Source: Fimbriosthenelais zetlandica
Taxonomy: Eukaryota
Reading direction: 5' to 3'
Assembly (NCBI GenBank): GCA_977030845.1
Contig: OZ365114.1
Coordinates: 15,934,001 to 15,998,000, forward strand
DNA length: 64,000 nt
This document shows, one piece after another, positions 42,101 to 54,100 of this stretch. Below the pieces are notes generated by a model. That model did no database searches. It was not told the DNA's origin and saw only the letters and a list, made by a program, of their open reading frames with translations. Each line of letters opens with the position of its first letter. The first letter of the stretch is position 1. The position numbers and the translations under genes were made by a program.

Positions 42101-45100
42101 GTTTCCAAACCAGCGCATCTGACAAAGCATCTATGAGTGGTTCACGGTCCCCCAGCTTTCCTAATGGTCTCCTCTATGGGAGAGTAGGTTTTAGCAAGCC
42201 AACTTGCTGGGAAATTTGTATACACACAAACTTACTATAAAACATTTCCAACAATTGTAGACAAACTGAAATTCCCAAGCACTGGTGTGACCCTGGCTAT
42301 AGCAACTGGCACAGTGGATTCAGGGATGCAGAGGAAACTACAGTCATCAATATTTCACATGCTTTTCATGAGACCTAAATGTTCACATTATGTAGGCCTA
42401 TCATTTCATTATGTATTCAGTTTCCATTCAAACTTCTTTAGGGGGTTTCAAGTGATTGTTTCTGGGATATGTCAGATTATTACCAAATTTTGTGAGTTGC
42501 ACCTGCCTCTTATGAAGAATTACAGATGGTAACAGGTTACCATGGCGAGCCTCCTCCCTGAGGGCCTTAAGAGTCAGTGGACCAGATCACCAGGCATAGA
42601 GAGGACAAAGATTTACTGCTCTTTAAAGTTGATTGTTTTACTATCACAACTTATAGCCCCTGGCTTCGTCACTCTGGGACAGACTCCTTCTCCCATGGTA
42701 CATTATTTCCATATAGAACCTGTGATAAAAAGCTAATTCTTGGTGATTCGGAGGTGGGTTTTGATGTCATTGTGTCAAAAGAACACTCATTTCACCCCAG
42801 GGTTGGAGTATATACTCCCAACAAAGACATTCAGGGAGAGAGAGCACTTTTTAATGCATTTTCAATTGGCTCTAAATTGAATTCAATTATCCAAGTGCAG
42901 GTCTATCATTTCTGCACCCCAAGGTACCAACCAACCTCTGAATAAGCCCTAAGAAAGTTTGCTGATGTTTATTCATCTAGAGAGATCAACTTTATAATGA
43001 AGTTATTATAATAAAGTTAGTGGGAATTCGGTAGGGGATTGAAGGCTGGAAAGCATAGGTTTGCCAGGAGGAGTTCTGGTTGAATTTTTCTCATGGTTTT
43101 CACGGGCGATGACTTACATTTCATGCCTTGCTGCGATTCCGCCCATCCAATTGAACCGGCAAAGCAATAACTTGAACTTATGATCAAACCATTCATGTAT
43201 ATATAGACATGTATACACAATATTTTATTCCCTCACTTCTGGCAATCCCTCCGCTGCGCTTCAATTGACCCGGTCTTTTTCGGGGGCAGAAGAGATTCAG
43301 GGTCAGGATCCCTTCTTTGATCCTGTCTTTGGCAGCCCACCAAATGATTGGGCTCAGTGCCAATTCTTAACAGCTCACACTAGTATCTTCCATCTACTCC
43401 CGTAAACCCCCCTTAAAGAATCATGGATGCAAGTTATTGGAGAGCAAATTGGCTTAAAATTGTCAGTGTGGCAAGGTGGAAAGCAATCATACATTTTTCA
43501 GCATGAATTACCAATTACTGAAATCATGTTATGGAAGATTTAATTAGGATAACCCTTATAAAACACATACGATCATGCACAACATCCACCAATAAATCTT
43601 TCATTTTGAATGAAATCCAAAGACATGGGTATTCATCTTGTTGTCAACTGCCATACTTGAACCAACTGGTCTTCCTAAGTTGTAAATCGAGACAATGACA
43701 ATGTCTGGACAAAGAGGTGGGGCTACAACAGACGTTTACAAGCCGCTATACAATGGAAACTGGATGCAATTACTCCATTTGTTTGCTGCTTAGGTACACA
43801 GAGAGACAAGAAAATATCAGGCTTGGTAACCGCAGCAACCTATTTGAACGCATGTGGCAAAGACATAGTAAAAATCATGATTTATTCATGAAGATTATTC
43901 GTAGTTATTGGATGGTAATCGTCTGAAAGTTTAAGGACGCAACAAAATGGTTAAGGGTCCCTTATTTTCAGAAGCTTAAATTTATATCCAAAACAGTTCC
44001 ATGTGAACCAAAAGCTGCCTGATAATAATTAGAATATCTAGGACATCTCTAGCTAGGACATGTATCTAGCTGTTTGCAAGAGGCACTGCCAGACAATGGC
44101 AATAGATAACATCTGAGGATAATCTCCTAGAGCAATCTCAGGCTTCTCATGCAACAGAAGAATGAGAAAAACTCTGAAACAATTGCAACAATGAAGAAAT
44201 TACATCCTGTCTGATTGTCTCTGCAAGGAATTCCAAGCTGATCAATTGCATGGGTTGACACATGCGATGCCAGATAGGACAGTATGATGCCACAGTTTCC
44301 ACACAGACACCTTAATCACATCTCCATTTCGGGGTGATGTTTGACAATAGACAAATTATTCTCTATATCACATCTTTTCTCATGGTAAATTCGCAGCAGT
44401 TGTTATAGTTGTAACACATGGTACACACACATTTGCATTTTAAAGTGTGCAGCATGCATGATGTCAGAGTGACAGGTCCCTCCCCCTCTCAAGTTCTGAT
44501 CTACATTTAGGAGGTTTGTGTGACAGCAGCAAGCATAACCAATAGCTGACAATTACGGGCCGGAAGTCATCAAGTAGTAGTCTGGTCCATGCTGCTCCTC
44601 CCGGGATAACCGAGGTCAGCCAACCAGAACCACGACACTTTAGGCGCGAGGAGGTCCACACGGCAGTGAAAGATCGACCCAGTTTTCCGGTCCAATTTTG
44701 CCCCAGTTTACCTTTAACCATCTTTCTCTCATTGATATAGTGAGTAAAGCATATTGTAGAAGGAACATACAGCAGAGACTTGGTAGTGGAAAAGGGCATC
44801 CGGTACACTTCCAACTTCTCTTCTTTAATGCTGACTGTATGGGGAACAATTGACACTCAAAGCACTTGAGTGGAAGAAAAGTGAGAATGAATGAGGTAGA
44901 ACTTGATTTCCTGCTCTAAAAAGGTCCTATCTATCAACTGGTATCTGTTTCTTCAGGGTTTTTTTAAAATCTAAGGTATCGTGCCAACTGTCTCAGGAAA
45001 AAAGTGTCCACACACTTCAAACGCTTGGTGGGAAAAGCACAAGGCAGACATTATGGCAGAGGGCTTCTACCAATATTCCCCTCTGCCAAGGACTAATCAG

Positions 45101-47957
45101 TTGGCAACGTTGTCAATTCGAAATATGGGGAAAAGGTTTTTTAGTTTGATATGCCTTATTACCGAGATGGTTGCTCAAGCTGGAAATGTTTGAATCGAAA
45201 CTACACCAGTGTGCATAGATACTTATCAACGCTTGGCCTACAACACTTTGCTGAATTCCTCTAGGTTAGGATTGCGGAATGAAAATGATGATTGCGAATA
45301 AATTCTGCAGTCAGGAGCCTGTTTCAAAACAAATATTAGCCATACACTTAGCATTGCTAATATTCCGTTTGAAACAGGCCCCAGGATGCACATACTGGGG
45401 CACAAATTTCTGACATGTAGCAAAGTACATACGATAAGATAATGACGACAATCAAAAAGCAACTTTAATCATATTATGGAGGAAGGCCTTGCTCGAAAGG
45501 ACACCATAAAGATAGAGCGCTATCAGAACGAAGAAAAAAAATACTAATATGTTTATAATGATACTTGCCATTTATATATATCTAAAATTATTTCTTTAAA
45601 TCAATATTACTTAAAGGGATCAACCTCTGGGGCCTCACATAATTACCAAAGATCTCATATATATCCCAATTCCCATTCGAAAGACATGTAGACCACCCCT
45701 AAAACTAAAAGGAAACTTCAATAAGACTAATAGGCTGCTATAACACCATACTGAGTGTAATCACTACATCACTATCTCCATCCCTCACTGGCCTTTTACA
45801 ACTCACTAGAGTTTACCACCCAAGGCCCTGTCATGCCCTTTCTTTGAAAACCTTTGTACAATACCTCATGACCATGACGTATGATCTTGCTGTCGCCCAC
45901 GACGAAATGTCATTATGGTCTCCAAGGTGAGGACATCAGACCTTTCTTTGATCTCATCAGCCTCTTCTCTGTCTCCATAGCTCATGGAGATGCTGTTGTG
46001 CCTATTGCCTACTCAAGTGAGACGGCAAGATCCCATGGGCTGTAGGGGGTAGACCTTTGTAATCTGACAGGTGGCACTGTTAGGGTTAAGCTGCATCCTT
46101 AACCTTTGGAGGAGACCTTTTCCATTGAAAAAACGTATCTTTAGTTAACACCCCATTGGTTCCTTTCTTGCATCATGACGTTGGTGAAAAAGAACATCTT
46201 GATTATATCTCTCCAGCAAAGATGACCTATGTGCACTTTCAATCAGAACAAGGCATTGACATCATATATTTATTGACAGTATTGACAGCAGGTACCAGAA
46301 TCCAACACGGCTTTTCAAGGACCAAAAGTGGACCATTCCCATTCAGCAAGCACGACAACAGCTTACCTCCGGAACTAAACATGCACAAAAAAGATGCATT
46401 AAAACTAGAACTTTAAAAAAAATGAAAGTGGAAGTCTGGAGATGATTGTAATTTAACCATCTGGGCGGAGGTAGTCTGTCCATATAATAACCCTCCCCCT
46501 CTCTCTATTATATATTTTAGTTGTATTGTGTGTGGGGTAGATAGGGTGAGACTGGCTCGAAACATTTTCCACTTCATATCACATGTGGGGTGCCTGACAC
46601 CTTTTTTTTCCATCTCCATCTCGCCACCCAGACAGCATCATATTGAGAAAACCTCTTGAGCCAAGGATACTATAGAGGCAAAGGGCACAGACATGCATAC
46701 ATATTGCCTGCTTCCTTCCTTTTAGTCATTTCACCATTGTTCACAAAGCTTAAAGTTAGGAAAACGTTTTTGATGAAACTGAACTCTGCCTGTACAAAAC
46801 ATAATGATTATCACCTCTTTCAAGGGGGATACAAAATGTAAAAGAGCCACTTGTCGCGCAGACATTGCACTTGTTCATTAAAATAATGGTGAAGACAATG
46901 CCTAATTTCAAATTCATTTCAAGAATTGGTTATGTATATATCTTCCTCCTATCCTCTGCAACATGCCCCATAAGTTTCCTTTCACGGACCAATCTCAACA
47001 ACTGTAGTTTTCCTGAAAGCATGCTCTTCATATATAATTATGATGCTCATGCAAAAACGCATTGCCCCACACATTTATAAAATACGATTAGGCGATCCAT
47101 CTCTATCCCCAGTCGTTAAACACACATTATGTAATGGGTAATAAAAACTGGGGATTGCGGATAAATGTATATCAATGATGTGGTTGTTTAATCTTAAATT
47201 ATATTTTTGGCAAGAGATGCACCTTAGCGGAAATAGTAAGTAAATGTCTTGTCACTCGGCCAGTCTCCCAAGCCTCCTCATTTTTGGCACTTCGCCAAAT
47301 GTATCACACAAATGCTCTCTAAAAGTCGTCTGCGGTTTTTGAGGTTTTGTCACTGAAAAGTATCTCAAATAATATCACAATTAAATTGTTAAGTCACTGA
47401 AAGAGTTGGAAAACGACTTTGCCAGCCGAGTTTTTCTGCTTTTCGTGCATTATTCTCGATAATAGAAGGCAGCTGGAGTTTTGCAGCATTGAGGGCGTTC
47501 TGCTTCTGCTAGCGAGAGGGCAATTTTTCGCTCTCTCCACAGGAAGTGATAAAGCAAATTATTCTGTTTTCTAGACCATAACGTAAAGTATCATATAGCA
47601 CACAAGCTTATACCACCCTGCTTTCTTCCCTACAAATTACCCAACCACCCTGATGTGAAGTGAAGGAAATATAACCCTTCTAAAATATAAACCATTCATA
47701 AAACTTCTACTGAATTTTCGGTAGAACACCTCTTGATTGCATAAATTCCACTACACAAATTATATATATCACCAATGCCCTTCTTTGAAATCATTCACCA
47801 TAGGCAATCTAGAGAGAAAAAGAAACCGCTACCCAAAAGTCTGATGCTTTACATGAACCAAACTGATGTCTTTTTTGAGGTATAATACCTATGAGAAAAA
47901 AATAAAAGGAATTTTATTGAAAATAAAGAAATTTAAAACTTTGCATTTTTTTTGCAG

Positions 47958-48170
47958 ACTAGTGCCTCATTGAGATGGTCGCCCAGAATGATGTTGAGTG
48001 CCAACAGTACAGTAGAAGAGAGAGCCTTGTACGACTGCAGCATACAGAAATGGATGGAGTGCAACTCCTGCCAACCCTGCCAGGAAAGAAAGGAGAAATG
48101 CAAGCAACTCAGATCCATGGCTGCCAGCTGTATCAATGCCGAACCCAAAGATGAGAATACACATCAAAAC
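47958..48170 (+). CDS. Exon: Cys-rich N-terminal segment upstream of the propeptide (phase 0-0)
   Basis: Acceptor tttttttgcag and donor GTAAGC. Only one frame is open across the exon (TSASL...CSIQKWMECNSCQPCQERKEKCKQLRSMAASC...HQN), and its phase fits the next exon. Confidence 0.7.
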
Positions 48171-51100
48171 GTAAGCCATACATATCATTAAATTTCATTA
48201 AAAGCATCTCCTGAAACACTTCTAGATTGGATGTATTAGTTTTGCGGGTATACTGACTGTGGTATTTTTTTGCCTTTCAGTTTATCCGGTCTCCCTTCAG
48301 TCCCAGCTGCTTTGAATCCGACCAAATGTTGGTGGATGAGCAGATAGGGACAGTGATGGACCAACTGTCCAACACATGCGGCAGCCATCGCCGCGTCAAG
48401 CGAAAGATCAGGCGATTTGCTGACTTCCCAATCACCAAATGGGACGACAAGATCTACTACAAGATCGATGGTTCACTAAGTAAGATGATTCTACCTATTT
48501 AAATTGACCTTTTATGTCTCCCTTTTCTCAGAATGCAGAATGCCATCCCATTAATCATTGTAAGAAGACTATAATTTATTCAGAGTATAGTGTATTTTTT
48601 CCCTTCTGGACCTTGACCTGTCAAATTATCTTCCCTCAATAGTTCTATTTGAATGTCATTGAAATACAAATATAATATAGAACAGTGATCAAAGAGCCCA
48701 TTAGGGAAACAAGCGAAACTATTATGCTTGCTTTACCATAGCAAATGTCATTTGAAGAAGTATGTATTTCAATTCCATGGCCTTTGAAAATAGAATAAGA
48801 ACATAATGAAACGTAATGCATTTCAGCGATGTTTCATGTACAACATTATCTTTATAGGAGATCATGAAGCAAGGATGATTCGTAGAGCCATAGGCATGTG
48901 GTCAAAAGACACCTGCCTTGAATTCGCACAGGTCGGCGTTAACCGAAAAATCACAGACAATCATATTCTCTTCTCTAAAGTTGTTGGCTGGGGGTAAGTC
49001 AAAGGTTTTTTTAGAATTTATCCAATGAACTCCTATGATAAAACATTGTCCTCGTATTCTCCCAACGAATCATTCTACAATATGGGATCGTAATACTATG
49101 TTATACTAAGGAGTTCAATGTTGGTTTTTTCAGGTGTTATTCGTACATCGGCAAAGCTTCGGTCATCCCTCAACCCATCTTCCTTTCTTTCACATGTTTT
49201 TCCTCGGTGAGTAATGTGTTAAATATGAAATATTTAATCACTTTCATTATTACCACAATACCGCATTGATAGTTATAATACAGGATATTGTTAGCTATAA
49301 ATTGAATTTTGAATCAATTTTGTCTCCACAGGTGGGGTACATTGCCCATGAAATAGGTCATTCACTGGGATTATTCCACGAGCACCAAAGAATCGACAGG
49401 GATAATTACATTCAAATACGCAAAAACAATATTGGTGACGGAGCAGAAGGCAACTTTGCTATGGTCCTGGCCAAGTTCATTGAAGACAAGAACGTGCCTT
49501 ATGATATGGCTTCAGCAATGCATTACCGTGCAATGGTATGTATCTTCTTAAACTTGTACTGCAGGGTTCAATGCTTTGGTAAAAGACCCAAAGAGGGAAT
49601 CAAGTCTGAACAACTCGGTGATTTTACAGTAGTGACCCAGCGAAGGGCATAGGGGCATAGCATGCATAGACATGCATTAGCTCCAAAAGTAATTAGACCA
49701 TTCTCGGAGGTTTGGCTAATAACCCAATATAGGTATATTATACCTATAAATAAAGGTCCCTGGATATATTGAGAGCTTTATTTTCTTCTCTAGAACCACT
49801 TAAGAGGGTCATTGTTTTGGACCGATAATTACAGCTCCCAGATGCCAAGATAGTATGTGTGAGGGGTGAGGCAGGCATGGCGTGATCAAAGACAGGTATC
49901 AACAAAGGCGGACATTATGAAGAAAACACCTATAGTCTTCATTATCGCTGTTTGCTATATCCCCAGGCCAAAGTCAAGGAGGTGGTCGTGGAGAATAGGG
50001 GGAAAATAGAGCTAGGGTAGAAAAATAAACAGAGATTACTTAATTTGTATGCTTAAACCCTTAATTTCATGTCAAACTAGTGTTGTTTAAGAAAGGACTT
50101 TGGTTCGTCTGAAGCTTTTGTTATGTACACTAAAATTGCAGCCTGTTCCGAGAGTTAATTCATCAATTTAGGTAGTTACTTGACAATATGTTCTAGGAGA
50201 AAAGGGGAAAAAAGAAATAGAAAGAAAAATTGAAGACAAAAAACAGCTTCAAAATTATGTTGAGTTATAGGTCGACGAAGGCCATTAAAGAGGCAGTGGT
50301 GCATAAACATGGTAACTTGTTGCCGTTAAAAAAATCACCCCATTCTATTAAGGAGCGAAAGGGGTAGACAAGTCTCTCTCCTAAGGTACTTTACATAAAG
50401 TATTTATGGACGCTCATATATGGTACTGCAATGCAATATTATCAGAGAGGAAAGGGAAGTGGGTATACATGCATTCTAAATCCTCACTCCTCCAATGATC
50501 AATTGGTTTTTAAGGGCTGGGATGATACACTTTTTATACATGATAACTACCACCTTGGCCACATGCTGATTGCTGCACTTAGTGGCCCCTGTGGTGTCGG
50601 TGGACCGACATTAAGGGATGAGTTTACCTATATCACAGGGTAAATAGAGAGTCCAGATTGCTCTCTATTGTCCTCAGCATCTCTCTATATGTACATAAGC
50701 CAAGCTAACCCCAGATGAAGGGCCTTCTCCCTCACAGTGTTTGGTGAAAGCTTAAGTTTGAAGGATGGGGTTATGATGTTCTGGGCGTGAGCTCGCCACA
50801 TGAAGCTGACAATACTGATGCTGACAATGTGACGTCACTGGACGTGACATATCATCCTCCCAGTGAAGAAGGGTTTTGGTTTTGTTTGACTGAAGGGCTT
50901 TGAAATGTATCGCTGGCACGGAATGAATGATAGGCTATAAAGGGGGTGAAGAATCTACCGCGCTTCCATGTTCAAGGGCAATGTTTCCATGACTACATTG
51001 CCCCAGTGTATATATCTGCAGGGTGAATGCGACCCCCTTTTAGGAATTATTGGGTTGTAGCATGCACTATTTAGTATGCTCAAACAATATCAAACCTAGT

Positions 51101-54100
51101 GAATCTATGAGTGAACTTTGTTGGTGGAAACAGATGCGCAGATGGATGTTCTTTGAAAAGTGTTCAGAAAGTTCAGTAGGATCTTAGACGACTATACGCA
51201 TGTTTCATACATGGTCGACAAGGAGTAAACGGATGCAACATTTTTAGAAGATGGGCGATGTCCGACACAATGAGCAATTGAATTGGGTTAGATTTACCTT
51301 GTAATGGTCATTGCATGTGTGGATGACTATTTTCTGCCCTCTTCCCCTCATGTTCAAAATCCTTTTCTACATATAGAATTACAGTCAAACATCGTGCTCT
51401 ATCCTTGTTTAAATTGGAGTAAAAAGTTAAACAAGGACAGGTACAGACTTGTGCTGGGGATAAAAGGCGGAGGGAATTCTTTAACACAATATGTATAGTA
51501 CTTCCTCAAGTTCCTGGAAGAATATTTTTAAAAGTGGTTTCTTTCTTTTATGTGTAGAAAAATGATACTTGAGAAAAGTTCTAATCATATTCGTCTGTGG
51601 TCATTGCAAGCCTCATTGTAGGCTTTGAATGCCTTTGTTTCTTGAAGTATCACTTCAAAACATATTACTGAGTGGTTCCATCAATTTCAGGCATTTTCGT
51701 CAAATGGAAGGAATACCATTCAAACCGCAAACCCTCTATACCAAAGAACTATTGGGCAACGAGTGGAGCTCTCCTTCTCCGACTTGAAAATAATCAACTT
51801 GGCCTACTGCACTAGTAAGTAGTATTCGAATGACTGTATTGCATGAACATTGAAAGAACGCATGATATAATTATTTTATGTGAAAAATCAAACCCGCTTT
51901 AATCGAGCATAAATTTCCTTTCAGGAAAATGTGCTGGTTCACCACTTCCTCAGCCTTGCCAGAATCGTGGATACCAGGACCATGATGACTGCACGAAATG
52001 TAAATGTCCTGATGGTCTTACAGGCCGATACTGCGAGGATACCAAAGTCAATGGTGAGTGAAAATTTCCCTTTATAGTATCATCCTGAATTAATTTAAGG
52101 AGGAAAGAGCCACGAGAAACTAGAGAATTATTCAGGAACTGTTACTGCTGCTACTTGCATACAGTAGCATGAAAATATAATAAGATGTAGGGCATCCGTT
52201 GGTGATGCTTTCTGTTGGTTTAGTCTTAATAATGGGTGTCTTTATTGATGTTGATTATCTGATTGTTCAGATCAGTGTGGTGGGGATGTGATCGCCTCTA
52301 CAGATGGCAGTAACCCTCCTGGTATCATCTCCTCTCCTGGATACAGCCGAGGTTACTATGATGTGGGCACGGAATGCAGCTGGAGAATCAAGGTATTTTA
52401 TATTTCAATAATTTGTCAAAAATTGTGATTTTGTTATAGCTTACATCGGTAAATCTTTCATTCAACCAAGCTGTCTCATTCAGTCAAGCTCTCTGTAACA
52501 TTACATTGGATGTAATAGTATTCATTGATCGTTGTTTCAGGCACGTGCTGGATACCGTGTCAAAATCAAGTTCAGAGACACTTTCGCAGTATACTGCTTC
52601 TCTAACAGGTGTCGCCATTGGGTAGAGATCAGGCACAGTGGTGACCTAGGAATCACGGGTCCTAGGTAAGGCATTTCACTAACAAGGAGTCAAATTCCTC
52701 TCTTCCATTAACTTGTAAAGGGTGGACTCTTCGTGATGGAATGGCTAACACAATGTCTGGGGTACATTAGAGAGTTCTTGCCGCACTGATAAATCTCGGC
52801 ACATGCTAAATTCGTTAAGTCCAAGGCTTCGGGGCCTGACACATAATCTTAAATTTTCTGAAGGTAGCATGAATATTCAGTTATTCTATTGCTGATCAAA
52901 AAACAGGAGCTAAGACCAAATGATTCGTAGGAGTGGAATTAATAATTATCTGTTTTCTTTCCCTAAAGGTTCTGTTGCTCGGGAACTCCGCAGGAGGTCA
53001 TACTCTCTGAGGGCAATGAGGTCTTGGTCATATTCAAATCCTTGGCTGCCACTAGCATAAAATCCAACAGGAAGGGATTCAAGCTAGAATATACAGAAGG
53101 TATGTATTTTGACTATATACAAAACATTCCAAGGCATATATATTTGACCTTATACAGTTATGTTTTCAATGTTGTCATCTATTTTCTTGTCACGTCTTTT
53201 GAAATACAGGTAAAGCTATCATTTTCCCCCCCACTCTGTTAACACAAATAGCATGACTCTTCAAAGCCGCATATTTTGCCATATGATTACTAACTCCCTC
53301 GTACTTAATCTTTGCAGTGAAGAAGCCCTGCCCAACGAACCCTTGCAAAAATGGCGCCTTTTGCTGGCAATCATCCAGAAGCACCCAGATTTGTGAGTGC
53401 CCTACTGGATACTACGGGCCCTACTGTGACAACTATGGTCATCCAGAAGTACCAACCCAAGCTCCATATCCAACTAGAACATGGCCTGGTTCATCTAACA
53501 CTGACAAAGCTGACATCCTCTTCCTATTAGACTCTAGCGTTCATTCATACAAGCCTTGGAATGATTACGCTCACTTCTTAAGGGAAATGCTCAATTATGT
53601 TACCTTCCATTCGGACACTGATCGTGTGGGTGTTATCACATATGCCCGCTATGCCAATGCCACAGTTCAACTAGGATCCCATAGCAATCCTGATGGCATC
53701 ATTGATATAGTCCAGGGGGTCAGTCTCCAACCATGGCAGGCCAACCCATACAAGCCGCTCTGGCTGCTTCAACACGAAGTGCTCTTGGATACATATCGCA
53801 ACCGTAAGGATGTGCCAGATGTGGCAGTCATCGTTACAGACTCTAACTTCCCAGATAACTTCCCCCAGGGGATCATAGTCCAGGGGGCCATGCAGGCAAG
53901 GGAAGCAGGCATCAGTATCGTGGCTGTTGGGGTAGGGCATGAGGTGAGAAGGAGCACACTCAATGTCCTCGCCGGAGGAAATGACAAATCCTTCATGCTC
54001 ACCTATGAGCAACTCCACAGTAGTAATCAGGCTCGGCAGGTTATGGACAAAGTCAGGGAACTAGGTACGAACCATCAGATAACATTTAAAATAAGATAAA

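Noticed and set aside
42577-42945. 122-aa ORF with LILGD and VYTPN resembling an APE endonuclease
   Set aside because: The motifs are in the reverse order to real APE domains.
46884-47300. Candidate signal-peptide first exons for the astacin gene (ATG near 46884 and at 47244)
   Set aside because: The first gives the wrong phase with a poor donor; the second has a weak donor and a poor hydrophobic core.
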